NCBI GenBank assembly: GCA_049314435.1
Contig: JBMOFD010000005.1
Location: 1 to 42,803 of the forward strand
Length of the DNA stretch: 42,803 nucleotides
Source of the DNA: Chlamydiia bacterium
Lineage (GTDB): Bacteria > Chlamydiota > Chlamydiia > Chlamydiales > JBMOFD01
Reading direction: 5' to 3'
Shown here piece after piece: positions 20,810 to 32,200 of this stretch. Both the position numbers and the translations under genes were made by a program. The notes beneath the pieces were generated by a model that was not told the origin of the DNA, ran no database searches, and saw only the letters and a list, made by a program, of their open reading frames with translations. The number at the start of each line of letters is the position of its first letter. Within the stretch, counting starts at the first letter, position 1.

Positions 20810-20862
20810 TGTTTTTTAATTATTAAAAAACAACAATTGCTCGCTGTTTGTTAATTAAAAAA
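20810..20862. promoter_or_regulatory. AT-rich palindromic site upstream of the Inc-like gene
   Basis: TGTTTTTTAAT-T-ATTAAAAAACA (20810-20832). TTTTTTAATTA at 20812-20822 is also complementary to 20852-20862. Confidence 0.4.
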
Positions 20863-20866
20863 TTAG

Positions 20867-22309
20867 CTACTCGAAAATGTGAAGATTGGTGGGCTGCCAG
20901 GAGGGGCGACGCCACTGATAGAGCGCAAGGGGCCAGGCTATGAAGCAGACGAGACCGCCGATGATCAGGCCCTCAAAATGCCAGAAAGCTTCCGGGGAGA
21001 GGGACGCAACAGGGATGAAGGGGACGAAGAATCCGAACAGGGAGGTGAGCAGGCCGAGCCCACAGACCAGGCCCATGCCCACTAAGCCACCCGGGATACG
21101 GAACTCTCGGCCCATCTGGGGTCGATTGAGCCGTAGCCTAAACGCCGCGGCAAACATCAATAGGTAGACCACCATATAGAGCTGGGAGCTGAGAGCGACC
21201 AAGAGCCAGAAGCCGCTAGCTACATCGGGGAGTAGCACAAAGGCAACGCAGAGGAGAGAGACAATGATGCCCTGGGCAATGAGCAGTGCATGTGGGACGC
21301 CATGACGGTTGATTTTTTGAAAGATGGGAGGTAGATCCCCATCCCGGCCACTGGCAAAGAGGGCTCGGCAGGGTCCAATCAACCAGTTGGCCACGCCGGC
21401 TAGCGATCCCAAGGCAATGGCCGCTGCGGCAAGGGGTAGCCAGCTGGAGAGTCCCTGAGCGGCGAGGAAGCTACTGAAGGTCTTCATCACGCCGGCTACC
21501 AGATTAAGCTCATGGTAGGGAGTGGTGATGACGATCGCCAGCGTTCCGAAGATGCTAAAGAGGAGGACGAAGATGACGCTAAGGAGCGTCGCTCGCGGGA
21601 AGGTCTTTTGTGGAGAGATGACCTGGCGAGCGTGGACCGCAGGCATCTCCATTCCCGCAAACCCCACGATCAGTCCGGCCAACAAAGGAAGCTGGTGCCA
21701 ACTAATATTGGAGGGGAGAAAGGCCTCCCAAGAGATGGGATTGGCTGGTGCTCCTGTGGACATCCACCAGGCGAGGACAATGCCTGTCATAAAGAGAACG
21801 GGAAGGAAGGTGCCGCCGATCACGCCCACCTGACTGATGAGGCTGGTGGCCTCCACCCCACGAAGGGAGACGAGCGTCACGCTCCAAAAGACCACCAGTA
21901 CACAACTGACGACATAGAGCTTGTTGTGAATCAGCTCGGGATCGATGCAGTAGGACGCTGCACCAGCAAGAAACGTAAGGATCGTGGGGTACCATGAGAC
22001 GTTCTGCAACCACTGAACCCAGACGGTGAGTAGGCCCCAGCGTGGTCCCAGGCCGGCGCGTACCCAGAGATAGACACCTCCCGTATGAGGGAAGGCCGAA
22101 GCGAGTTCAGCAGCGACCAGGGCCAGGGGGATGAAGAAGGCTACAGCACCGAGTAGCAGCCAGAAGACAGCCGCAAAGCCGTATTCGGCATTGATGGGCA
22201 GATTGCGTAGGCTGGCCACAGTCGCCACGTTCATCATTGTCAGTGCAAAGAGCCCGATGACCCTCTTGAACTGGGGGGCTGCTGGTGCGGTGGGCTGGAC
22301 AGCCATCAT
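20867..22309 (-). CDS. APC-superfamily amino acid permease (GadC/YjeM-like)
   Basis: About 12 TM segments; FFIPLALVAAEL, GGVYLWV, FAGMEM, LPPIFQKINRHGVP. Confidence 0.92.
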   Translation of the reverse strand: MMAVQPTAPAAPQFKRVIGLFALTMMNVATVASLRNLPINAEYGFAAVFWLLLGAVAFFIPLALVAAELASAFPHTGGVYLWVRAGLGPRWGLLTVWVQWLQNVSWYPTILTFLAGAASYCIDPELIHNKLYVVSCVLVVFWSVTLVSLRGVEATSLISQVGVIGGTFLPVLFMTGIVLAWWMSTGAPANPISWEAFLPSNISWHQLPLLAGLIVGFAGMEMPAVHARQVISPQKTFPRATLLSVIFVLLFSIFGTLAIVITTPYHELNLVAGVMKTFSSFLAAQGLSSWLPLAAAAIALGSLAGVANWLIGPCRALFASGRDGDLPPIFQKINRHGVPHALLIAQGIIVSLLCVAFVLLPDVASGFWLLVALSSQLYMVVYLLMFAAAFRLRLNRPQMGREFRIPGGLVGMGLVCGLGLLTSLFGFFVPFIPVASLSPEAFWHFEGLIIGGLVCFIAWPLALYQWRRPSWQPTNLHIFE

Positions 22310-22386
22310 GTATCTCAAAAAAAATTAGCCCAGGATGGGTCGGATCCATATTATCCGAAACGGACCATCATAGTACAAGGTGCCTC

Positions 22387-24078
22387 GTGAAGCCTTCAGC
22401 CCTTATCGTCAACCGTCAAGGACTCGATCTACTACGGGATCCTGTCTTGAATAAAGGATCGGCTTTTAGCGAGGAGGAGAGGCGTTCATTTGGTCTAGAG
22501 GGACTTCTGCCTCCCTATATCCAGACGTTAGACGAACAGATGCAGGCTGCCTATACCAGCCTACAAGAATGCAGCACGCCGTTCGATCGCTGGTGGTTTC
22601 TCTCCGATCTGCAAGACCGTAATGAAACACTCTACTATGCCCTGGCTCATCGGCATCTACAGCAGGTGTTGCCCCTGATCTACACACCCATGATCGGTGA
22701 GGCGGCCCAGCGATTTAGTCTGGTCTACCGACGGCCTCGAGGTCTGATCCTCCATCCTGGCATGCGAGGTCGGCTGCGAGAGATTCTGCGGGAGCGCATC
22801 AAGGATACGGTGCGCATCATTGTGGCCACTGATGGTGAACGAGTTCTTGGACTTGGTGACCAAGGGCTGGGTGGTATGATGATCTCGGTAGGGAAGGCCG
22901 CCCTCTATACCTTAGCCGCTGGGATCTCACCTCGAGAGACTCTACCGATCTCTCTGGATGTGGGTACGAACCACCCCGGACTGCTGGTCGATCCTCACTA
23001 TTTAGGATGGCGCCATCCGAGGTTGACTGGAGAGCCCTATGATGCCTTCATTGAAGAGTTCGTGGACGCCGTCAAGGAGATCTGCCCCCATGCGCTGCTG
23101 CAGTGGGAGGATTTTGGGAGAGACAATGCACGACGGATCCTCGAGCGCTATCAGCAACGTCTGTTGAGTTTCAACGACGACATTCAGGGCACCTCGGCTG
23201 TGACTTTAGCGGGTCTCCTAGCTGCATCGAATGTCACTCAACAGCCGCTTGATCAGCAGTCGATGGTGATCTTTGGCTCAGGCTCTGCTGGATTGGGGAT
23301 CGCAGAGAGGATCATCGGGTGGAGCGAACGTCGAGGAGGGGATCGAGCTAGAATAGGCAGTCAGATCTATCTCATGGATCGAAACGGACTGGTGGTGAAA
23401 GGCCATCCCACCCACGCTCCTCTCCAGGAAGAGCTGGCCAAGGATCCCAAACTCTGCCGTTGCTGGAAGGTCAAAGACCCTAACCATATCACGCTGGACG
23501 AAGTGATCGAACATGTGCACCCCTCGATCCTGATCGGCGTCAGTGGACAAGCCAATGCCTTCTCACAGAGGGCTATTACAGCCATGGCACAGGGCTGCCC
23601 GCGTCCCACGATCTTCCCATTGAGCAATCCCACGAGTCAGTCGGAGGCCACGCCCTCCGATCTCATGCAGTGGACTCAGGGCACGGCTCTCATCGCCACA
23701 GGCAGCCCCTTCCCACCCGCTGCATGGAATGGAACTTCGATCCCGGTGGGGCAGTGCAACAACCTCTACATCTTCCCCGGTATCGGTTTAGGAGCGCTGA
23801 TTGCAAACGCCAAAGAGGTAACCGACAGGATGTTTGATTGCGCTTCCTTAGTCTTGGCTGCACACTCGCCTGCTCTATCGGATCCGCAGGCCGCTCTTCT
23901 GCCCTCCCTAGATCAGGTGGCCGCTTTGGCCTCCAAGCTCGCGCTGGCTGTTGCTCAGGCCGCGATCGAGGATGGAGTGGCACCTCCGGCAGCGGAGGAA
24001 ACGTTGCGTACGCGTATGGATCAGCTGCGCTGGGAACCTGTCTACGTGCCATTTCAGAGGTCTTCGTGGGAGAACTAA
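22387..24078 (+). CDS. maeA: NAD-dependent malic enzyme (large-subunit type)
   Basis: NKGSAF, QDRNETL, IYTP, TDGERVLGLGDQG, QWEDF, FNDDIQGT, FPLSNPT and QCNNLYIFPG; GTG start at 22387. Confidence 0.95.
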   Translation: MKPSALIVNRQGLDLLRDPVLNKGSAFSEEERRSFGLEGLLPPYIQTLDEQMQAAYTSLQECSTPFDRWWFLSDLQDRNETLYYALAHRHLQQVLPLIYTPMIGEAAQRFSLVYRRPRGLILHPGMRGRLREILRERIKDTVRIIVATDGERVLGLGDQGLGGMMISVGKAALYTLAAGISPRETLPISLDVGTNHPGLLVDPHYLGWRHPRLTGEPYDAFIEEFVDAVKEICPHALLQWEDFGRDNARRILERYQQRLLSFNDDIQGTSAVTLAGLLAASNVTQQPLDQQSMVIFGSGSAGLGIAERIIGWSERRGGDRARIGSQIYLMDRNGLVVKGHPTHAPLQEELAKDPKLCRCWKVKDPNHITLDEVIEHVHPSILIGVSGQANAFSQRAITAMAQGCPRPTIFPLSNPTSQSEATPSDLMQWTQGTALIATGSPFPPAAWNGTSIPVGQCNNLYIFPGIGLGALIANAKEVTDRMFDCASLVLAAHSPALSDPQAALLPSLDQVAALASKLALAVAQAAIEDGVAPPAAEETLRTRMDQLRWEPVYVPFQRSSWEN

Positions 24079-24136
24079 GAGGCATCTACGAGAGCCTGCC
24101 TTTATAATTTTGATAATACACTTTGAGAAACGAAGA

Positions 24137-24165
24137 TTGGCTGAATGTGGATCGTAAAATATAAT
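24137..24165 (+). promoter_or_regulatory. Sigma70/sigma66-type promoter
   Basis: TTGGCT-17 nt-TATAAT in an AT-rich intergenic stretch. Confidence 0.6.
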
Positions 24166-24224
24166 GGTCGTCCCGAATGGGTAGTCAGCGTCGGAATCAT
24201 CCGATCGAAAACCAGGTGGCATGG

Positions 24225-24524
24225 ATGAGATTAGGTGTAGGACTCGTGGCCTTTTTAGTGGCAGCCAAGCTCTCAGCCGTAGCAATGGCCTTATGGCTAG
24301 GGTTGGCGCAACCAGGCCTTTCTGTCTGGACTCTGCTGTCATGGGGAGTTACTGGTTTTATCTGGTGGAATACTTCAAGACTCTGGAAGCGAGCCTTTGC
24401 CGGCGGTATACACCGTGTAGAGACCGTGCGCGGCCGGCTACTTGAGACTTTAGTGATGCTGCCCCTTGGAGCCCTTTCAGGAGCCCTTCTCGCTCTATTT
24501 TGGAGCGCTGTCGGCATGACCTAA
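24225..24524 (+). CDS. Small hypothetical membrane protein (~3 TM)
   Basis: Hydrophobic ORF downstream of the promoter; AGGTGG SD before ATG 24225; alternative start at 24177. Confidence 0.55.
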   Translation: MRLGVGLVAFLVAAKLSAVAMALWLGLAQPGLSVWTLLSWGVTGFIWWNTSRLWKRAFAGGIHRVETVRGRLLETLVMLPLGALSGALLALFWSAVGMT

Positions 24525-24617
24525 TGTCGATTGCCTTTCTTGGGTATCATTTCCAAGACAGCCTTGGCGTTGAGCCGTTTTTTCGACTCAAAAGACGCAT
24601 CATCTCTCTCTTTTTGC

Positions 24618-24688
24618 GTGCCTGTAGCTCAACGGATAGAGCGTCAGCCTTCGGAGCTGAAGGCGTGTCAGGTACGAGTCCCGGCACG
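24618..24688 (+). tRNA. tRNA-Arg(UCG)-like gene with aberrant T-arm (pseudo- or non-canonical tRNA)
   Basis: Canonical D-arm GCTC-AACGGATA-GAGC and anticodon arm TCAGC-CTTCGGA-GCTGA. The T-loop is TACGAGT and the T-stem 3' strand is missing. Confidence 0.65.
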
Positions 24689-24830
24689 CAAGTACTCTTC
24701 CCTAGCCACATCTGCATTTCTTTCTCCAGCTAATGAGCCAATTCCCAGACAGCATATACTCAGACTTCCCGCCCCTTGAGCGAGGACTGGCCTGTCCGTG
24801 ATGGGCAAGCCTGTACACAGGAGTCACCCT

Positions 24831-25442
24831 ATGGCCAATTGGATCCGCAAGAAGCCTTGGATCGTTGGACTGCTCCTCATCGGAGCTGTGTTCATGTATG
24901 TGGGAGGCACATACAACCATCTCGTGCGCCTTGATCAGGGTGTGCAGGCCCAATGGGCCCAGGTAGAGACTGTCTACCAGCGCCGAGCTGACTTGATTCC
25001 TAACCTCGTTCGTACCGTAAGTGGCGCGGCCCAGTTTGAGAGAGGGACGCTTGAGGCGGTGACCGCCGCTCGAGCCAAGGTAACGGCCCTGCCCACCCAG
25101 CTGGCGACACAGGTTCCGGCTACAGGCGCACAGATGCAGCAGTTCCAACAAGCTCAAGATGGGTTGAGTACGGCCCTGACTAGGTTCTTTGCCGTAGCAG
25201 AGTCCTATCCCCAGTTGACGGCCACAGCGAACTACCGGGATCTTCAGTCTCAGCTTGAGGGGACAGAGAACCGGATTGCTGTGGAGCGTATGCGCTTCAA
25301 TCAGGCTGCTCAGGGCTTCAATGCTAGCCGGCAGAGTTTCCCTACTAACCTCATCGCCGGCATGTTCGGTTCGAGATTCGATATCAAGACCTACTTTCAG
25401 TCTCAGCCAGGCGCTGCACAGGTACCTGAGGTGAAACTGTGA
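24831..25442 (+). CDS. lemA: LemA family protein
   Basis: N-terminal TM; YNHLV, YQRRADLIPNLV, AESYPQL and LEGTENRIAVER; AGGAG SD. Confidence 0.95.
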   Translation: MANWIRKKPWIVGLLLIGAVFMYVGGTYNHLVRLDQGVQAQWAQVETVYQRRADLIPNLVRTVSGAAQFERGTLEAVTAARAKVTALPTQLATQVPATGAQMQQFQQAQDGLSTALTRFFAVAESYPQLTATANYRDLQSQLEGTENRIAVERMRFNQAAQGFNASRQSFPTNLIAGMFGSRFDIKTYFQSQPGAAQVPEVKL

Positions 25443-26179
25443 GACGGCTTGGGGGCTGCCTCGTTGGGGCGGCGCTATGCAGCGGAGTCCTTTTTGGCGA
25501 ACTTGCAATCCCTCCGTCACCCAAGCAGTGGTTGACGGACACGGCGCGTGTTCTGTCGCCTGAAGAGCGAGCCGAGATCAACCATGAGCTCCAGACCATG
25601 CAGACCGAGACGGGCCATCAGGTGGTGGTCTGGATCGGGGATAGCCTGGAGGGTAGCTCCCTAGAGGAGTGGTCGGTGAAGACCTTTGAGGCTTGGGGTA
25701 TTGGGAAGGCCAAGGCCGATGATGGAGTGGCGTGGTTTCTCTTCATGGGAGATCGTCGCATGCGCATCGAAGTCGGCTATGGGCTAGAGCCGCTCCTGAC
25801 CGATGCCAAGTCCTCTCAGGTGATTCAGGCCATAACCCCTATGATGCGTCAGGGAGAGGTGGCTCAGGCGATCCGGACCGGAGTGCGCATGATCGCTTCT
25901 ACAATCGCCCCAGAGCATGTATCGACCCTGCCTGAGGATGAAGCGCCTCCATCGCCTGCTCTGGGGGTCCTCTTGGGCCTATTGATGCTGGGAGGTCTGT
26001 TCGCAGCCTTTGTATTCTTGGGTGGTCTCTATTCGTGGTTGAGAGGGAAATCCTCTCATGATGACTGGAGGGGGCCTCCGGGAGGCATGGGAGGCGGGGG
26101 CTTCGGCGGTTTCGGCGGGATGGGAGGGTTCGGCGGTGGCGGACGCAGCGGTGGGGGTGGAGCTTCAGGCGGCTGGTGA
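25439..26179 (+). CDS. TPM-domain (YgcG-like) membrane protein with Gly-rich tail
   Basis: WGIG...DDGV, RIEVGYGLE..LTDA, a TM helix, and GGGRSGGGGASGGW; 4-nt overlap with lemA. Confidence 0.93.
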   Translation: MRRLGGCLVGAALCSGVLFGELAIPPSPKQWLTDTARVLSPEERAEINHELQTMQTETGHQVVVWIGDSLEGSSLEEWSVKTFEAWGIGKAKADDGVAWFLFMGDRRMRIEVGYGLEPLLTDAKSSQVIQAITPMMRQGEVAQAIRTGVRMIASTIAPEHVSTLPEDEAPPSPALGVLLGLLMLGGLFAAFVFLGGLYSWLRGKSSHDDWRGPPGGMGGGGFGGFGGMGGFGGGGRSGGGGASGGW

Positions 26180-26194
26180 TTCAAACCAGCCACC
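26168..26194. terminator. Hairpin between convergent genes
   Basis: GGCTGGT-GATTCAA-ACCAGCC spanning the TPM stop; no U-tract. Confidence 0.3.
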
Positions 26195-26201
26195 CATAGC
26201 G

Positions 26202-29200
26202 TCATGCTTTCGTTGACGCGGAGGATCGTAGAGGAATCATAGCGTACAAGAGTCGGATGAGTAGCGTTTCCACAGACTGCTCAGCTGAATCGATGAGCCA
26301 ACGAATCTGGGTCGAAAGGACGGCTAGACGGTTGTCATGGTCCATGTTTGGCGGGTTCTCCAGTCCGAAGCAATCCACAGATTCCTGGATGAATTCAGAA
26401 GCCTCCGCAGGATCTACCGATGAGGAGGCTGCGAACGAGGCCCACTCCTTCATCACTTGTAGGAGTAATTGCCTTCCTATGGCCTCAGCAGCCGGAGGCA
26501 GGGGGTGACCGCCACTCAGATCTTGCAGCAGGGCCTCCAGCTTGGTCGTGAAGGTCTGGAGGTCTGCGGCAGGAAGCACTCGCTTCACGATAAAGTGGAG
26601 TGCTTTCGTGACCTTCTTTGTATCGCGATCAAGCAGCGCCTTGATGGCCAATGAAGCAAACACGAGCAGGTGTTTTCCAGAGACTCTTGGCCTACTACAA
26701 CAGTAGCCCAGTTGATGCCCGATGAGCGCCTGAACGAGATGCAGTTCCTGGAACATGAGTGAAATGGAATCAGGTCCAGAATCGGGCGTGGTCTGGGATG
26801 TGGAGGTCCCCTCTCCATATTCCCATGGGGTGTAAGGGGCTGTTGTGGGTGATCTCGGTCCAGACTTGCGCATCGAATAGTCTGGGTGCAGAAGGGTCAT
26901 GGCCGAGAGCTTCATCACGGCAACATACAGATCTGTATTCGTTACTGAGCAATCGGAGCCAAACAGCCCACACTGTTGATCTTGCTCGATGCCCTTGGGT
27001 AATGATACTAGTTGCGCCATCTCTTGCAATAGGGCAAGGCCTCGAGCTGGTCGTCTCGCAAACAGGGTCGCGCAATATGTGCGCTGTTCGGGAATGGTCA
27101 GCCCCAAGCGCGGCGTGCATAGGATATTCAGAAAGAGCCCGAGGGAAGCATCAGTAGGCAGATCCATCCAGCTTCTTATAAGAGCTCGTTGCAGACCCTT
27201 TGAATCATGGCAAGAGCGCCCAAGGCTCTCTTTGTGAACGGCGGCTGCGGTGACTAATAGCACGAGATGATGAGGCGCTTGAGCAGTCTCGACAGGTCGA
27301 TCTGGTTCGGACGAGCTAGCTGGTAGGTATTTTTCCCAGTGGCCAATCAGCTCCTGATGCAGAGCTTGGTAGGCGCTGTCCACCTCTCCTAGTTCATTGC
27401 GAGCAAGCTCAATAGGCTGGGAGAGTTTGTCATAGAAGGAACAGGCTACCACGCCCAGCGCTCGGGCTGGCCATTGGTGGAGGGGGATCGAAACATGAAG
27501 CCTTGCGATATAGGAGCCCAGCAGCACCTTGAGCGTTGGCTGGTTGCCTTGACTGGTATTGAACAAGGCCTCACCAAAATCAACCAAAAGGTCCAATGGG
27601 CTGAATTCAGCAGGACCCTGATCCTCCCGTGTGAAGGCGACTAAATTCTCCCCGACCAGTCCTAAACGCTGTAGCACGATATCCACAGCGGCAAGCTTGC
27701 ATTCAGCAACCCCAACATCTTGGACCAGTGCCTGCACGGGTCGGTTGGGTTGAGATCGATATGTTTCCCAGGTAGCAAGGACCGCCTCCCCGAAATAGTG
27801 GACGAAACGACAGAGGGTCAACTGAGATCGATATTTGTCGACCTCTATCGGATGGGGATCTGACGGAGAGCTCTCTAGGCACGAAAGGAAGTTAGTATGA
27901 ACGAGGAAGTTCCAGGCTAGGAGTGAACGAGGGCCAAACATCGAACCCGCAAGATTAGAGTGGGTCTGGAGCAGGAGACCCAGGCTACGAACGAAGAGGT
28001 CCGCTGTTTTGGCACTAAAAGAAAAATCACTGTGTCGGAATATCGAGGCGAGAGTCGTTTCAACCATTGCGCCGGGAGTCCCCCGTGGAGAAGGGGGGTA
28101 GTCGCATAGAGCCTCCAGCGTTCGCCAAAGGAAGTGGAGGGACTGGGTCTCTTCGCCACAAGGGCCATGGCCCATGATCAGATGCCAAAGGTGGTCTCTT
28201 TCCATAGAAAGAGGTTTGGTCGACACCAAAGCGGGGTGTAGATACGCCATCCTTTGCGCAGCGGTTCTTGTCTCAAGTTGGGAGGGGAGCAACCAGGCTC
28301 GCCAAGCATCCCGCTGTTGTGGATCGCTTGGACCTGCATGCATAAGAGCTTGGAGTAGCGACTGTGGGAGATGTGGGAGGGTAGGGCCCGTGGGGACGTC
28401 CTCAAATATCGAGCGGTTGCGGAGGAAGCCTAGAGCTTTCCACAACTCCTCTCGCACTTGGGGGGAAGTCTCAGAAAATGCTCTCGAGACGGGAGCAGCT
28501 AGCCAAGACGGGATCTCGCCGTCCGTATGCTCGGTCCAGAGCCGCAGCCATGCCACAAGGTCCTGTTGCACCAGTTCTTGCTGGCGTTTCAGCGGCAGCC
28601 TCTCCGCTAGGCTAGTCGAAACGTACGTCTGGAACACGCGATAGTTGGCTCGTGCAAAGCTGCGAATACAGGTGGCGCGATTCTCTTTGCAAGAAGCTGC
28701 TCTCTGGGCGGCCCTCAGTAGAATGGAGAACGGGTCGGGTTGAGGGGGAAGAATGAGGACAAACTCGCCTTTTTCGGGTCCTTGTGGGCTATCTTGTGGG
28801 AACCAAGAGTCCAACCACCCTGCCACGTCTGTGAGATGGGTGTCTAACTCGATGGAGGTGTCGCGAAGGAGGTGATCAAGCGCCTTCAATAGCATGGAGA
28901 CTCGCATGCTAAAAGGGGATTCGGAGGCCGTCTGTAACTCCATGGGAAGCGCAGATGTAGAAGCGGCTTGGTTTGCAGGCTGTCCAGGCGGATGAATAGG
29001 GTGAAGGATCATATTGCGAGTGCTGGAGCGCGTCATGATGCCCAGCCATGTTGAGGCTAAGGGGAGCCAACCTTTTTGTGAGGGACCCTTTTTGCTCTGC
29101 TTGCCGGGGTCCACCAGTCCCCCGGTAAGCACGTCTAAGACGGTTATGTCGAACTTGCTAAAGCGATCCGTTCCCTCTGTCAGCCAGGGCCAGAGATGAT

Positions 29201-32200
29201 GCTGATCAGCCAGACCAAGAGAATTTTCGGTGTTCAAACGAATCAGCAGGACGGCGGCAAGGTGGCTCCTCAACATAAGATGCTCAGGAGCCGCATGTAG
29301 TGAGAACAGATTCTGTGTGAGGTCGAATAAACGCTTCCAATCTTGAATGGACTGAATCGGCGCGAAGGGAATCAGGCCCATCAAAATCTTGATCGTGACA
29401 GGTAGAAGTGTGTAAGCCTCTACCAAGTTTAGCAGGGCAGGCCACTCTCTCTTTGTGTCGAGTGGTCCGTCTCGCAAGCCCAGAGAGAGCAGCTGAAGCG
29501 CGGTTCCGGCCTCGAGGGCCCATTGATGCCACTGAAGACTGTGATCCTTAGAGGGCAGGGGTTGCTGAGAGAGCAGCTGGAGTAGCTCCGTGCGTTGATC
29601 GAAGGAGAACTCTTTCACAAACTTGGGTTGCACTTGGCAGCGACTAGACAGCCCCTTCCATCCTTCGAGCGCCGAAGCCGCGAACAGGAGATTAAGCCGG
29701 CGAAGGATGAGGTCGGGGGTCAGAGACAGGGTTTCAATCTGCTTAAGGATGGCTGAAACAAGGAAGTACGGAACTCGTGGTAGCGGTTGCCGCAGCGCAA
29801 GCTCATCTACCATAATAGCGAGGACTTTCAACGCGGGGTTGCTGCTGAACAGCCCTTTACAAAGACTCAGTAGCTCTACCAATCGATCGTCCGTTCTCGG
29901 AGCGAACGCTGCGGTTCTGCATAGCCAGTCAAGGAGGATAGCGGTTAGACCACAGAACGCATCTTTAGGATCAGTCTGCAGCCATTCGTAATCTGGCAAG
30001 TATAGAAAACTCTCGTCAATCCGACGGACGATCTCCTCAGATAGAGGGAAGGAGCTACAGCTCTTGGATGGATTCTCCCAATGGAAGAGGATTCCATAAG
30101 CGGCTTCTTGGAAATAGCCCTCTTCGAGTGGGATCTTGGTGGCCAGGACAAACTCGCACGCCCTGAGGCGATTCTTCACCTGCGCGCTAGTCAAGCGTCC
30201 CTTGACCTCTTCGATGCTATTGCCGTTCACATAGACAAAGCAATCTACTAAGTTGTGCAGCATTTTGGTCTGCAGAGACATAGATAGACCAAGGGAAGCG
30301 GCATTCGTCAGTATACTCAACATTACATCCAAGCCGAACAGCGGTGTGGGTTCTTTGCCCTCCTCAGTCACGGGTGGGTCGGCCCTGCACGACATGAGAA
30401 GCTCGATGAGGCGTCCCGTGGTAGATGAGATTTCTCCGCTGGCAACCTCCTTGAACAGTTGAGTAAGCCAAGTCGATGGATGTCCCTGATCGTACTGTTT
30501 GCGTCCCAGCTGCCATCCTTCAAGCCAAAACGGTAGGTTGTCCACTGTGGCTAGGCCCTGCATCTCTTGGTGGCAGATCGCCCACCACGCCTCCGATAGA
30601 GAGAGATGCGGCGGCTTGAGAGCTCTAAGGCCATCCCAGACCGCCTCAAAGGAGAAGGATCGTGCAAAACGAGTAGCCTCCACACAGATGGGTTCTAGCC
30701 GTTGCAAGCCCCCCCGCATCTGCCAGTATGGCAACTCTTCCTTCATGGAACGCCCGTTGGCTGGCAATGTGGCACACCAAAGGAATAGCAGGCGCGCAAC
30801 GAGGCGGTAGAGATCCGCATGTTCTGCGTCAGCGATCGATGAATAGAGGTCGATGGGCGCTACTCTGAAATGCGCCGAAAGGCATTTCAAGACATGCATT
30901 CCCAGATACCAGCCTGTACTCCGCTTCCCTTCCGATACGGCCCCCCCCATCTCTTCAAGAGCACGCAATAGAGGGTAGACCTGCTCCATCTCCCAAGAAG
31001 GGCCACGAGCCGGTTTTTCAAGTAATCGATGTAGCTGCTCGATCATGGCAGGGCCAGCGAGCTGAGCAAGATCTCGTAGACCAGCAGTGAGCTCTTCGTA
31101 AGTAAGCTCCATGTGTGGGTAGGTGTCCGCTACAGATAATGTGTAGAGCCACTCCCATGCTGCCCGAGCGTGGTTCGAAACCCCTTCCGGCAGAGCGTCT
31201 ATGTGCAGACTACGTTCCACGGCCTCGGCTTCACCAGCGGAAGGCAAAGGTGTATTCCAGTAGGGATAGACCACCGTATCCCATAGTTCAACCATGGGGT
31301 GGTTGTTCCCGTAGGCTCGAAACAGTCCTTCGGAGGCTCCTTTTAGAAAGTCTCGCGAGCTGTCGAGAATTCGGTCAGGAGATAGAGAGGGTTGGCGGGA
31401 CTGCCAGCTCTCCGCTAGTCGACGCTTTTCCAAAATGCTGCGGAAGGCGGAATGGGGAGGCCAAAGAAGGAAGTCATCGGCATGGTAGGCGCCTAGGCAT
31501 CGTCTAGCCCCTAAATGCAGTGTATGCGTCCACAATAGCATGGTGGAGTCTTCATCGAACGCATCTTCCTCCGTGTTTCTGTTGATCCAGAGAGCGACGT
31601 ACCATGTCACCGGAAGCGGGGCACTAGCCGAACGAGAGGAGGACCATTTCGAGAAAAGACCTTCGAGGAGAGGCAAGGCTGTCTCCATAGTCCAACGTGG
31701 GCGTATGGAGGGGTTCAGTAGCCACTCTCGGAGAACTAGGATGAGATCTCTCTCCGGAGTCTGCTCTAGAAGATCGAAGAGCTCCTTTGTCGAAGGCCCT
31801 TGAGCCAACGGGGCGTCTTGAGTCCTCAGGGGGGCCATCAGTAGGCCAAGCGTCTCTTTCCCGGATGGGGATAGCTGGATCCAGAGGGACCAACTCTGCT
31901 CGAAATGAACAGGGCCTGGCACGGAAAGAGGTGGCGCGGTCCTGGCCGCCGGCCATTCACGGTGTAGAAGATCTAGAAGGGGCAGGGTCGTTTCAGGTCG
32001 AATTCCCCGTTGCTGTTCCTGCACGAGCCTTTGGAAAAGAATGCTTGGCACGACCTGTAGCTGCGACATCATCGCGCTCTCTTCTATCAAGAGGCGGACC
32101 CATGTCTCTAGAAGAGGCTGAGAGTCGCTGCTCATAGGAGAAGGAGTTCGAAGATGCTCAAGCACTCCAAATAGGGCTTCCTGCATGGACTCACGGTCTG

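Noticed and set aside
24600..24800. Integration (att) site or mobile element at the tRNA-like locus
   Set aside because: No integrase or transposase and no second copy of the tRNA 3' end found in the window.
24702..25520. 272-aa antisense ORF over lemA, and the many other short overlapping ORFs (e.g. 12329..12955, 10451..10918)
   Set aside because: They are shadow frames of well-supported genes in GC-rich or repetitive DNA, with no recognisable motifs.
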